From Leucoraja ocellata (taxonomy: Eukaryota): a stretch of 64,000 bases of DNA. The notes below the pieces were generated by a model, which did no database searches, was not told the DNA's origin, and worked only from the letters and a program-made list of their open reading frames with translations. A program made the position numbers and the translations under genes. Shown here in pieces: positions 36,938 through 50,259 of this stretch (the stretch's first letter is position 1; each line of letters opens with the position of its first letter). The DNA is taken from contig JAWMAR010000051.1 of assembly GCA_036785375.1 (NCBI GenBank), positions 3,038,001-3,102,000 on the forward strand. Direction: 5' to 3'.

Positions 36938-37218
36938 GGGCGGCACAGTTGCGCAGTGGTAGAGTTGTTGCCTTACAGGGTTAGAGACCCGGGTTCGATC
37001 CTGACTACAGGTGCTGTCTGAAGGGTTCCTATGACCGTGTGGGTATTCTCCAGGTGCTCCAGTTTCCTCCCACATTCCAAAGACGTCCGGGTTTGTTGGT
37101 TAATCAATGTTTGTAAATTGTCCCTAGAGTGTAGGATAGGACCAGTGTACGGGGTGATTTTGGGTCAGGGTAGGTCAAAGAGCCAGCTTCCTCGCTGCAT
37201 CTCAAAACCAAAACAAAG
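36938..37218 (+). mobile_element. V-SINE/HE1-like SINE
   Basis: GGGCGGCACAGTTGCGCAGTGGTAGAG..CCCGGGTTCGATCC (pol III A/B boxes), core and degenerate tail. Confidence 0.88.
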
Positions 37219-38499
37219 CTGAATTAAATACACAGGGCGCATAATATTGCCATTTCTCTGCAAGATGTTGCAAGCAGCATTAAAGTCTAATTGTGAGTCT
37301 GGACTTTACAGTGGAAGGCAATGATCGTCTACTTGTCAATTTACCGGATCATTCATTCTTTTGCAGGGAATCACACAAGGTCTCAGGCCAAACCAAGCAG
37401 ACCTGTATAATATTCATAATCATTTATTGAAAGGTGCTAATCCATCTTTTTCTAAAATACCTTCCCTTCCCTGTCCTGCCTCATTTGAATTTTGTGGATG
37501 ACAAAACAGGATTAAATTGTCCATTCAGGTTGACGCTAAAGAGTTCAAAAATGGCACGCAATAGCAAATCATGGACTAATTCACAGAAGATGTAACCATA
37601 CTTCTACCTTCTGTTCACATTAACCTATGCTGACCTGCCTCAAGATTCCTGCTCATTCATGCTCCAATTTGCCTATTGTTTTAAAGATAATATAACACAA
37701 GACATTTCAACAGCAAGGCTCATGTGATGAATGAATGTAATTTTCATAATGTTGGGCTCTACATTTGAATAAAAATACCTCTAGCCTCAATATTCAAAAT
37801 ATTGCCACAAAATGAAACTATGTGTGTTACTGACATTAAGTTCATAATCTCTAAGAAGAGAAGAGCATCTATTTAAAGACAGCTGCACATATTGTTTGTG
37901 TGTTAAGACAGTAATCATGTACTTGTTGTTTCTTTATATAGTTCTATAGCAACAACACACAATTCATGCAGAAGAATATTGAAGATTGGTTTTACTTTCT
38001 TTTACTCCTCTATCTGTTTTGGTAACTAATTCTTAAAAAGCACTAAATAAATGTATACAAGAAAAAACTTTCAATTGTTGGAATGCATTTCTGACATTAG
38101 CTCCAAAAGAAATGTACAAGTTGAAGGCTGAGTATTTCTGGTTTGGATCAGATGCGAAGTAGGTTCATCTAGCTGAGTACTTCCGGTCTAAAGCAGTCAG
38201 AGTGACTCCAGAATAAAAGGATGCACCCTCCTGATTATCATTTACCATCTTCCTTGAGCTGTTGAAATATACTCCTCCATCCTGAATAGTACTGCAGGAC
38301 TGCTGCATTCTGCATTATAAGGGGCAAATGAACATTTGACAGGAAGATTCCCATCATCTAGAAAGGTAGAGCTTGGTATGCTTACGCCAAAGACAATGCT
38401 GAAGTATTTGCAAATATTTTCAGCTAGCAGCATTGAATGGATAATCTATTTAGTCTTATTTCCACACAAAGTCCCCACCACTGAAGAGGTCAGTTTCTA

Positions 38500-38705
38500 A
38501 ATAAAGGTGCTGTAGTAATTCAGCAGGGCAGGCAGCATCGCTAAAGAAGAGAACATGGAGAGGCAATGTTTTAGGTCAAGAAAAATCACAAAATAAATGT
38601 AGTTCAAAAGAAACATTGTTAGAATACATCCCAAAATGTTGCTTATCCATGTTAGTTTGAAGAAGAGTCTTGACCCGAAACAATACCTATCCATGTTCTC
38701 CATCT
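38500..38705. mobile_element. Old Penelope-derived fold-back remnant
   Basis: CAGCAGGGCAGGCAGCATC..GAGAACATGGA arm versus TTGAAGAAGAGTCTTGACCCGAAAC..TCCATGTTCTC. Confidence 0.6.
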
Positions 38706-39284
38706 ACACTTCCTTTTTCCTTCAGTTTCCAACCAATTTGAATTAATTCACATGATATTGAAAATCACTGAGAGCAATGGGTACAACCAAATACTTCCGG
38801 TATAGAACGGCATGCAGAGGGAAAAGCTGTGGTCCAGAAGTAGTACTCCACAACTCTAATTAAACTGTTTCATCCTGTTGGTCACAAGATTTTAATAAAC
38901 TGTTGGTTACAAGATTTTAATAAGCATGGCAATATGGAAAAATGTCCAGATTTATCCCATCATCAAAACAACACGGACAAATTCAATCCAGTTCATTTCT
39001 ACCTAGCTGGTATCTTCTCATTTGCCAGAAAGTAATGGAAGGTATTGTCCGTAGAACTATAAGCTGCATTTCCTCGCCATAACATGCTCAATATTATTCA
39101 TTTTTGGTTTAGTCAGGGGCTTGCCGACTCCAGACCACATCACAATCATCGCCCAAGAATGAAACAAACAGTTGAATTAACAAGGCACGGTGAGGGTGCT
39201 CATGACATCGAGGTCACGTTTATCTGAGTGTAACGTTACAACTCCACAATGAAAAAAAAGTCAATGAATATCAATATCAATTCA

Positions 39285-39590
39285 TGAGGATGTTGCCTGG
39301 AATTTAGTTCTTCAGTTCTGAAGAGAGACTGCTGAGGCTAGGTCTGTTTTCTCTGGAGCAGAGGAAGTAGTTAGGAGGTTGCGTTATTGAAGTTTTTAAA
39401 ATTATGAAGGATATTGATAGGGTAGACTGTAGAAAAACGTTTCTAGTGCCCTAGTGAGCACTAGAATTCCCTAGGTCTAGAAACCTCTGGGCCAAGTCCT
39501 AGAAAATGGGATTAATAAGGATGGGTCCCCATTTGTCAGCATTATCGAGGTGGGCCGAATGGCCCGTTTCCACGCTACATGGTTCCGTTA
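39285..39590 (+). mobile_element. CR1 3' fragments
   Basis: AGGATGTTGCCTGG..TTTTCTCTGGAGCAGAGGA..TTTAAAATTATGAAGG; TGGGCCGAATGGCCCGTTTCC tail. Confidence 0.65.
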
Positions 39591-39927
39591 CTATCCTAAT
39601 AATTGTAATCATGCATTACACAAAGGAAAATGATCGTGGATGTTGGAAGCTTCATTATCCCACGCAAGACATCACTGTAGGTACTCTCATGAAATATCCT
39701 ATCACCAATTTTCTTTACAGCTACATCAATGAACTTTCCATTATAAAAGGTCAGACGTGGGGATGCTTGTGGTTATAATGCAATGTCAGGTAATGCTGAC
39801 AAAAGAATATTAGCTACAATGGTGAGGTAGACACCAGGTGATAAATATCTCTGAGGGGTTTTAGGACAATGGTTGACTGTGTAAAGGTACAGTAGTAACA
39901 CATCCCCAGGAAAATAACTAAATGCAT

Positions 39928-40170
39928 TAGAATCAGAATCATGTAGCACAAACGCAGGCACCATTATCCCAAATTATTCATGCCAATAGCTAGTCCCATT
40001 CGACTGTGTTTACCCCATATCCCTTGAACCCTTTCCTATGCATGTACCTGAATTAAGATATTTTAAATGTCATAATTACACCTGCTACTGTTACTGGCAG
40101 CTCTTTCCATTTTACCATCACCCACTCTGTGGAAAAAGTTACCCCCTCAGATCCCTTTTAAATGTTTCCC
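39928..40170 (-). mobile_element. CR1/HER1 3' fragment
   Basis: CCCCATATCCCTTGAACC..CACCCACTCTGTGGAAAAAGTTACCCCTCAGATCCCTTTTAAAT. Confidence 0.7.
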
Positions 40171-41867
40171 TTTGTAGTAGGAATACAAGTTCAGATCACA
40201 AAACAGGAATAATAGGCAAGATTAAAGAGATGATAGGTCAAAAAAAGTCATTTGCTTTCAAAGTACAGAAATTTGGAGCTGCAGGGTGTTAAACAGATAC
40301 AAAGATGAGATCTTTAAGCAACAGCTCAGCCTAAGAAGAAAGCAGCTCTATTACTCATAAGAGATAAGACACAAATTTCCTCTCCTGCTATAGAGTATTA
40401 GTTTATTTACTGGAAAAACAGGATAAATAAATCCACCAGAATTCAACGGAGGGGAATCGACAGAGAATCTGAAGTTTATGCAAATATATTATATGCCATT
40501 AAAATCACATCAAGGGATTATTTTTTTAAAAGAGCTAGTCAGAAGCATTAAGAGTTTATTTAGAAATGTTCAGAATATTCTGCTAACAACAAGAGGTGTT
40601 AAGAAGTTTGACAATGTGACATAGAATGCAAAGTAAAACCAACTATAGTGAAAATAATTCAGCTATTGTGGATTTCAAAGTTTTGCTCATTTTGTAATTC
40701 CTAATTAAAGACAGAAAATGGATAGTTCAAGAGGGTCCTGCACTGCTAAAAGATAAGTATTTCAGCCCAAGACTATTTCTGCTGAGCATTGGTGGACAAC
40801 TCCAATTGCCAGTTTGAGTTATAAGATTCAGGGCAGTCAAGATACAGTCACAGAAGACATACAAATACACCACTGTCATTTGGTTCCTACTGGTCTGTTA
40901 ATGTATTCATTTGGATTGTACCTGCTTTGTTTAATGTATGTTGTGTCATACAGCTGTCTTGTTATTTGAATAAATTGGATTCTAAACTTCCTCAACAAGC
41001 AGCTTTGCACATGGAATCACTTATATCAACCATCCTCGTTTTTCCAAATTCCATTCACAGCTCCTTGGCAAATATAGCAGTCAGCATCCAAATGCAGAAT
41101 CACCTAAACAATATTCAAGCACAAGCTGATACATTCAATAGCATTATCATCGCAAACTCCCCCACCATCCATATTCTAGTCAATATTGAGGATAGGTACT
41201 AACTTCTGTCTTTGCCAATGGCACCCTCACTGCATAAAAACAGAAAGTTATGGGCAAATCAGTTTATGAACGGATACTAATTTATAGACAAATATTGAAA
41301 TGTTGTTCATCTGCCATAGGCTTTGCAAAAGTACCATCTCAATCTTAGTCTCCCAAGTTCTATAGGAACTTGCAAAACGATGCCGCAAGCTAATTCTTGC
41401 ATTGCAAATGAATTGATCACTGTGCAATAAATAGTGATGCTAGATATAAAAATGATTCAAAGTGCAAAGCAGATTGATGAGGAAGTTTAGGATTAGTTTA
41501 TTCAAATAACATAACAACAGCATTGTATTACACACATTAAACAAAGCAGGTGCAAACAAAACAAGCACACAGACAGACCAGATCCAACCAAACAACCTGA
41601 AACAGTGTATGACTAGTTCTCAACATCTCTTTCTTCTAAATCGGGCCTGCAATTGGACTGGTCCTCCACTCATCAGCAGAAATTGTCTTAGGCCGAAACA
41701 TTTAAACATCTTAAACATATTTCTGCATTATTTTCTGACTATTAATTATGTTTGTCTGTTACTGACATAATTACTCGTTCAACCCTTCTAACATTGAAAA
41801 AATAAATGTTACAGACAAATATTTTGTTGCTTCCTGCGTCAATTGCTTGTAGAGATGGTAAAGAAAG

Positions 41868-42545
41868 AAGGAGACATGAGAAACTGCAGATTCTGGGATC
41901 TCGAGCACATAGCAAGCTGCTGGAGGAAGTCAGTGGATCGGGCAGTGTCTGAGGAGAGACTAGTCAGATGACGTTCTAGGTCGGGACCCTTCGTCGGACT
42001 GATGTAGTGGAGGGAAAGGCTGGAAAAGAGGGGTGGGGGTGTGGCAGAGCTTGCCAAGTGCTAGGTGAATACAAATGAAGGAGGTGATTGGCAGATGGGT
42101 GGAGTAAGTGACCAAGGCTTGAGGTGAAAAGCAGCCAAAAGCAGCCAAAAAGGTGCAAGGCAAGGAAAGAAGATGAGGTATGAGACGTTAAGCCAGAGGC
42201 AGGGATGTGGGTGTAATGGGACAAAGGGGATAGAAAAGTGGTGAGGGATGAAGGGCAAATATGGGACTCGATGATGGTAGATGTATGTACGGAGGAGTGG
42301 AAAGGAGCATGGTGACAGGGGTAGTGGGAGATGGTGGAAGAAATGTGTGTGCATATTTGGATGTGCACACATAGAATACAAAGTACTGTTCTGGATAGGT
42401 TACAACCCAAAGGCATGAACATTGAATTCCCCAATTTCAAGCAACCCATCACCCCCTCTCTTTCCATTGGGGCCCACCCGACTCTGGTCCACATGCTTAT
42501 CTCCATGACCTTCATCACCCTGCATATTTCCCCCATCAAATACTT
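41868..42545. mobile_element. Penelope-like remnant: two pieces in divergent orientation
   Basis: 41868-42330 is a minus-strand PLE 3'UTR/terminus (CAGTCCGACGAAGGGTCCCGACCTAGAACGTC). 42390-42545 is plus strand and encodes LDRLQPKGMNIEFPNFK (GIY-YIG C-terminus). Confidence 0.7.
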
Positions 42546-45099
42546 CAAATCCCTGCAGAATCAGAATTTAACCTAGAGGTTTCCTCCTTTGGATATTAAG
42601 CTGTCAGATCACTGGTCCATGATATACAAACTCGATTCCCACCCTACAACTTGCAAAATACTTGAGGTAAGTAAGGTCTTTCCATTCAATGTGGGGTGGG
42701 AATGAGAATTGTGTACCATGGATCATCAATAGCATGGACCCAGTGCTGCTATTGCTCAATGAACCAACAACATTTTATGCTATGGTGACTTTAACAGTCA
42801 CTGGTCTACGCGGCTGATTGCCTTATAGAGTCAGTAGGTGAAATGCACCTCCAGTCCGATGTTCGTAGATCATTTCCATTTCAAATGCACCACGTCCTCC
42901 TCTAAATTTCCCTTTCTGCATAACTTCTCTTTCTTCCAATTACGTACTTAACTCCACTATCAGCAACCTCCCCCTGAGCTGCAGTTCCTTGTCTTCCCCT
43001 CCTACCTTCCTCTTCTTAAGACCCGAGTGTGCAAGACCCGAGTGTGCAACCACTGTTGCAGAGGACACATTTGATTTCTTCATGAGCCACGCAGAATTGT
43101 GCCTTTAAGGGTCAAATGCTTTCTTAGTGCAATTAAATTGGATGCTGGATGTATTTTCCCCAATAGCAGTTTGGTCAATATGGTCAATCCAGACATCGAC
43201 CATGGCAGTGTTAATTGTTGTGCCTCAAAACTGAATTGCATAACACCACGTCAAATCCTAATTCTACGATAAATTAAAATACATGAATATAAATCTGTGA
43301 CTTACCACCAAGATTGTAAATTCCACCATTTTCATGCTGGGGTCCTCTGTGTGGCTAACTTGGACTGCACACCAAAGACCTTTGATAGGTATTGTGATAT
43401 CCCATGACATGCAAAGTGTGTCTGTATACCATCTCTGTGACGTCTATGAGATTCAGAAGCTCCTCATACAGAAGCAGGGTATGAATAGTCTGTGACGCCT
43501 GTTTTTGTGGGGGTTCACGGCAGACATTCCCTAGCATGGTCCAGGCCAGGGCAGGAAACCCAATTGCAGTAGGTCACCTTTAAATTCTTGACTTGATTTG
43601 TGACGTTCCCACATAATCCCAAAATCTAACGATCCCCAAACACTTCCCAAGCTTGTGGAGCTTCAATACTTACAAAACACTCTGCTGACCGACGATGACA
43701 TAATACCAGTCTCAAACACCCCATTGACTTCAAACCTTCCCAACTTTCAAGAATACACTACAGCCCTTGCCAATAACTTTCCTCTGACTATTGATTGTGC
43801 TCCCCCGTCTTCAAGATTCGAAGCAGCTGACCCCCCCATTAATGGCACAATTCACAACTGCCCCAATCATCCACAAAACACACGATTGAAAAGGGGGCAT
43901 TACTTAAGGCCTTTTCAATAGCATGGGTCTATGACGACTTTACCATTGTGCTATCATGGCCTCAAATTCATATGTTCAACCAAAATGAACGAGCATTTTA
44001 TTTACAGCCAGAAATTTCATTAGGAAACAGGGTGGTGTTAAAGCAGATTTTGTTACTTCAAGTGAATATTTTGCTCCCTATTCCATTTTTGTTCACGACA
44101 GATTCAATTCATGTTAACCGTTTCTCAATACAACTTTTTATTCACTGGAGGGTGCAAATCATCAATTTCCTCTTCACATCCGACTTGCCCAGCACTATTC
44201 TGACTTATTGCTGTCATTGGCACTTGTTTTCTAGATTTCTCCTAAATTGACCCAATTTTTTAGAATTGTTCCTATTTCAAAAAAAAAACATTGAATTCCC
44301 CTTCATTACATTTTCTATTATAAATTTGTTGAATGAGATCATTCCTAGCGCTTAGCAGCAATACACTTTATATTTCCTTCCTAGTGCATTTTCTTTGGAA
44401 AATTAGATATGAAACTAATACAACCATATTCCTGTTTCATTACCTATCTGTACCTGAATTTTTACAAATCTGCTGAATAATTTAGTAAACATGCTATAAA
44501 CAATAAAGTATAATCAGTTATAAAATATTGGTCCATGTGGTGTATATTTAAAAATTAGTTTTACTTCCTTCCACATTGTAGGCATGGTCACCACACGTTT
44601 AAATATTTTAGTTTGGGTGACCTCTAAAAAGAAGATTGCGTCATACTAAGAGTTTGGTGACACAGTGGAATTTAAATTTCACTGACATCAAAGACGAACT
44701 GCTGAGAACACCCAAGGTCAAAGCACAAAATTAGCAGACAACAAAGAGCGATCCATAAACTTTCAACACTAGGACCTCGAGCTATGAATTTAATTTCATT
44801 TGCTTGGGATCGCAACATAATTTTAGCAGGCACAAATTGTTAGGATGTGTTGCTTAGGTTTCCAGTATCATTTTCAACAGTATTATTGTAACTAATCTTT
44901 CATCAGCTTGTACTTTCAGTAGCTCACAATGTGGGAGCAATAAAACAGACAGCCGGCCAAAGATTCCATTGTTTTCAAAGTTTTAAATATATACATTTCT
45001 GTATGAAATATGATAAACTAGGGTTGCTGCCCAAACAGTGTTAACATCAGTCTTCACACTTATTGTTGAATGCTCACATAAAAACAAACAAGCCCGTAC

Positions 45100-45294
45100 C
45101 TCAAAATCATTTGCTTTGTTGTAGTGCATGTTTAAGGCTCTGAAGAGTTCAGAGTCACGGGAGACAGTCAGCTCCTCCGTGCTTGTTGTCCCATCGTTAA
45201 TAGACTGACGAGCAAACTTCTCCATCTGGATGTAGTAAAATTCTCGGAAATTGCTGAACCACTTGATAAGCTGTGAGGTGATGCACCTATTAAA
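45100..45294 (-). CDS. PROX1: PROX1 internal coding exon (homeodomain/Prospero domain; equivalent to mammalian exon 4)
   Basis: Translates FNRCITSQLIKWFSNFREFYYIQMEKFARQSINDGTTSTEELTVSRDSELFRALNMHYNKANDFE. 195 nt, in frame with the previous exon. Acceptor TTTTTTCGATTGGCAG|TTT, donor GAG|GTACGG. Confidence 0.97.
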
Positions 45295-45891
45295 CTGCCA
45301 ATCGAAAAAATACAACAGGATGAGCAGATTCAGTTTCAATCAGCCACTATGCTTTAAGTTAATAACATTTTAAATAAAATATTATGTTCCATAATAAATC
45401 CAAAACTATTTTATGTGATCATACGTATATACTACATCCACCGCAGACGTAATGTGCAATAGAAACATATTGTGCAAAGAACATTTAAAAAATACTTTGC
45501 ACAATCTCTTCAGTTAATATATTCCTCCAGTTCAGCAGAATCACATTTTTTCCATAAACTCAATACATCTTGGGAAAAGTTATTTAAACACTTTTTTTCC
45601 CTTCTATATTAGCATGTATAAGATGCAACCATTATTCCACCCAATTGCAACAACACAAAACCTGCACGAGAACTAAATCTTAAATGATGGACTTCAAATG
45701 AATATGGTAAATTTTCAGCATTGGATAGGTTGGAATTAATGTTTAACATCTTGGCTTCTTTTTCATTTCCGTGATGAAATAGTTTAGATGGGACTATAAA
45801 ATTACACTTTTGTATATTAATTTCCCTTTCTTTTATTTTACCTAAACATCCGTTTGTGGATAAGTAGAGCACCACAAGAAAGTGCGGAGAA

Positions 45892-46235
45892 ACAAGTCAA
45901 GTCAAGTCAAGTCAAGTTTATTTGTCACATACACATACGCGATGTGCAGTGAAATGAAAGTGGCAATGCTCGCAGACTTTTGTGCAAAAGACAAACAACA
46001 AAACAACCAAACAAATTATAAACACAATCATAACACACATATTCTTTTACATAATAAATAATAGAAGGAAAAACGTTCTGTAGAGTTAGTCCCTGGTGAG
46101 AAAGGCGTTTACAGTCCGAATTGCCTCTGGGAAGAAACTCCTTCTCAACCTCTCCGTTCTCACTGCATGGCAACGGAGGCGTTTGCCTGACCGTAGCGGC
46201 TGGAACAGTCCGTTGCAGGGGTGGAAGAGGTCCTT
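45892..46235 (-). mobile_element. Young Rex1/Babar 3' end with (CTTGA)n tail
   Basis: DLFHPCNGLFQPLRSGKRLRCHAVRTERLRRSFFPEAIRTVN; AATAAA followed by (CTTGA)5. Confidence 0.88.
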
Positions 46236-46974
46236 TCCTAATGGACAAACGTCCTTTCCTAATGGAAATATATATAGGACCCAAGATACTTCTCTGTCAG
46301 ACTTAAATAAGAGAAGGTCTAGAAGGACCACAGCCTTTTCAACATTTGGTTCTTTGTTTCAACAAAGGATGACACCAAAAAAAGAAGTGGAAAATGCATA
46401 CATAGATATTGTGGCTTACTATCAACAATCACAATCGTGTAATAATTCCATACAAATAAAATCATCAGGGCAATCACGTTTCAAAGTGATTAAATGTTAT
46501 TGGGTAAATTAACCCATTTTAATACAGCCATCAGCCTTAATGTTTCCAGTAACTATTGCTCTAGTTTAGAGGTATTGTAGTGAAAAAGAATGCAATGAAG
46601 ATGTATGTACTTTGAGGGATTCTTTCTGTTGAACTGAACTAGGTCAGGCACGAAGTCTGGTAAAACAAAACAAATATCAGAGTCTGCAGCACCAAATGTG
46701 CATTAAAGTAATTGGTGCATGTTACATTCCACTTTTGGTTACAAACAGTATACAGCTGCTAAAAATATAGATACTTAGTGCTTGTGAGAGGACAAATTTC
46801 TCCCTTCTGAGCTCCAAATTTTCATTCGCATTCTGAGCTCAGCTTGTGTGGAAAAGACGTTTAGAGCAAATTGTTGGGTCCTCTGTCCCATAGGGACCAA
46901 TGATTTCAAATGCTGAGGTCTCTACTTCAACCTCAATGACATGGAGTGTATTAGGTTGGCTCCCAGGAGAATTA

Positions 46975-47358
46975 AGGGCCTGTCCCACTTACGCGACCTT
47001 TACAGGCGACTGCTGGCACCCGTGATAGGTTGCCGAAATTTTCAACATGTTGAAAATTCAGCGGCGACCAGAAAGATGCTACGACTCTTTGGAGACCTCT
47101 CTTAACCATATGAGACCTCTCATGACAATACAGGCTGTATGGTCGTGAGAGGTCCCCTATGGTCGTGAGAGGTCACCCGTGACATGTCACCAAGGGTCGC
47201 CTGTATGGTCTTGAGAGGTCTCCTATGGTCGCGAGAGGTCTCCAAAGAGTCGTACGTCTTTCTGGTCGCCGCTGAATTTTCAACATGTTGAAAATTTTGG
47301 CAACCTATCAAGAGTGCCGGCAGTCGCCTGTAATGGTCGCATAAGTGGGACAGGCCCT
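46975..47358. mobile_element. PIF/Harbinger MITE, almost fully palindromic
   Basis: TIR AGGGCCTGTCCCACTTA / TAAGTGGGACAGGCCCT; TTA TSD; arms complementary for more than 120 bp. Confidence 0.92.
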
Positions 47359-50259
47359 TTAGGATGCAAAAGGAGTCTGGTCAGCACCAGACAAATTTCA
47401 AAAGGGAAGGCAAGGGGACATAAAAAGTGTCTAAAAGTACTCCTGCCTCCCAAAACTCCTGACAAACAACCAAAAGGCACCCGCTGAGGAGAAGGCTCCA
47501 ATTTCGCTATTGCAAATATTCTGGCTGTACCAACTTTGAAGAACACAATCATATAGCAAGGGTTGCACTGTTTCCAGTTTACCCATTTCATGAAGGAAAC
47601 TAAAGCTTGCATATCCAAGCCATTAATTTCGAACTGAAAATTAATGTTTAGTAAAATAGTTATTGTATGTAACCTGACTAAGAACCTCTGCCTCTTCTCT
47701 GTCCCTCAATAACATCACCATTTCTATTTCAAGAACTATTAAAACATGTTAAAGGTCAAGGCTTTAGAGCTACCTTGTATATTAGCCACAGCTGGCAACT
47801 GATGTGACCAAAGTGGATGGTTTTCAAAGTAGTTATTCAAACCACTCTCGCTCCATAAAAGTGTCAAGGTCATGGACAATCTTCCAGACATAGCTATTGT
47901 CAAACTATTTGGAAGTTGGATTGCTCATGGTAGCTGACTTCAGACCTAGTTGCTTGATGACCCTGATCATTTATGGGGACCCACTGGTCTGTAACAAATG
48001 TTGGCCTCCTCTCCAATAGGATTTCATGTATGTTCAAGGTCAGCTAAATCTCTATTAGTCAAGTTAAAACCAGTAAATTTATACTGCCTGTACATCAGAC
48101 AGGCTTTTCTCAACATAGGCATCTATCATTTTTCTTCCCATTTACGGCACAAAGTGTGCATTAATCAAAAATCACAGTGAGCACTTATCAAGCAGTTGCT
48201 CTGGCCACGAAGAGGGCTGCCTGCTTCTATCAAGCTGACAGTTAATGGGTGTGTAATTACAAAGCAGAAAGTTGTTTCTATTCCAGTGAATTTAAGATAA
48301 TGAAGTGAATGAAAATTCATGGCAGTGAAGGCTAAGTAACATGGAAACAGAAGTGGAAGCTGGTGCAGCTCCTAAAGGCCAGCTTGCATCATAATTGCCT
48401 TCCAGTTGCAAGGGTCCTCACAGATAATTGACCAGAAAATGATTAAGTCATCATCAAATCACTCTGACTGCAAGAGTTCAAACATGTACTTAACCTATCC
48501 AAGAATTATATTTTCACTCTGTGTGTCTGTTCTGTCTCCATTCAGCCTTGCGGGGACCTGATTAAAAAAACAACTGAAGGACCCCATTATCTGATTTGCT
48601 GTTGATTTCAATAGAACTTAAACCCATTACTATTTGCTGAACTCTGAGTTCTTTCCATGTTATCTCTGCAGCAAAATACACTGTCCAAATTTCCAGACAC
48701 TGAGATAAGAACTGCAGGCCTCATGACGACTACTGTTCCTTTTTAATTCTTTTAGTATAAGAAACAAAACATAACAAAACGATAGCAGCCTGCGCACCCG
48801 GGAATGAAAATTGCTTTGACATGGAGATTAAGCTTCAGTATTGTCACAAGACATTGTCTCCTACATGCAAGAATAGAGAAAAAAGAAAGGGTATTTTTTC
48901 TAGAATGGCCTGTAGATGACCTAATGGGGCTACACAAAAAAAAAAGTCCACATGACAGTGTTTGGTAGAAGGGTATAAAGGGAGATTTAAAACCTATTGT
49001 TACAGATTTGAAATACCAGAGATGCACTGGCCAAAACAACAGAGCCACTCAAACATGAGGGCTCAGCATTTAAGACTTGTGTCACTTTTTGCTTATCAAA
49101 CATTAACAGTTCCCGAATTAGTTTTTTTTAAACAAACATAGTAATCTTGATCTTTAAGGTTTTCAGTGGTGCATCACAAACAAGTGACAGGAACAAGAGA
49201 AGGCCTCTTCTTTTTGCAAGCTAGTTGTTCCCGAGACGGATTAATGCTTCCCGTGGGACATGTCCAATCCCAGTGTTTGCTGAAGAAACTTCCTAAATAT
49301 TCAATGAGCACAGTCAAAAGACCCATAAAACAAATCAATTTGACACCTTAATCTAGTTAGGCAGTGATCGACTAGTGAATGTTTGGGGGTTGGTGGGGTT
49401 AGGGTTGTCAGACAGAAAGAGGGTAGAAGAGAAAATTAGTTTTTTAATATATTGATGAACTCTGCTCTCGGTGATCATGAGTGATTCTAAATATTTCGGT
49501 TATTTTAAGCAATAATATTAATCACATTACCTTATTAATACAAAAATGGCTCTTTATTTAATTGTCTTAATCTTAAATGCTGTGCTGGTTCCCTTGCAAA
49601 TAACTTCACCTGAGCAATTAAAATTTAACAGCAGTTTTGCAAAACATCCAAAATATATAGCAACTAGGTGCAGCATTAGTCATTCCAGTTGCCATTTCTG
49701 CTTGCGAAAAACTGATATGGAATGGGAACATTGTCCCATGTTGACTGAGAAAAAATGTGCAAAACTGGAGTTTAAAAAATATATAGAATCAGTATGAACG
49801 AATGATCGATGTTCAGCGTGGACTCTGTGGGCTGAAGTATGGTGTTTCCATGCTGCATCTTTCAATCAATTAAAATTAGGTATTTCTGCAAAATTATATA
49901 AAAATGTAAAAAAGGACAGGCTAGTTACAAAGAAGTCAGTCCTTAAAGAAGAGAATCCAACACCAGGAAGTGTAATCTCAGAATAAGTGATTGACTGTTT
50001 AATACTGAGGGTTTATTTATTTATTTATTTATTTTTTAACCCGAGGGCTGAAAATGGTTGGAATTTCCAATATTGTGGATACTTAAACATCAAGTGTATT
50101 CAAGACAGAATATACTCAATGACTGACTACACTAAAGGAACAGAGGGATAGGGAGCTCAGGTGGGGATAGTGAATGATGCACAGAATCAGGGATTGGAGT
50201 ATTGAACCATAAACTCGGTTCAAAGGGTTGTGAGACCAATCTTGCTACTATTACATAGA

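Noticed and set aside
36938-37010. tRNA gene (also at 19571 and 23867)
   Set aside because: The A/B boxes belong to SINE heads that continue into the SINE core and LINE-like tail; no complete cloverleaf.
38875-38925. Short tandem duplications (also ~15920-15958, ~17067-17105, ~43020-43049, ~46230-46266)
   Set aside because: Ordinary 15-25 bp slippage or repair duplications with no further structure.
44983-45339. 118-aa ORF as a stand-alone gene or read-through isoform
   Set aside because: Homology is confined to 45100-45294 between good splice sites; the flanking codons are intron.
47095-47245. CRISPR-like repeat-spacer array (TATGGTCGTGAGAGGTC units)
   Set aside because: Internal repeats of a Harbinger MITE in a vertebrate genome; irregular spacing and no cas genes.
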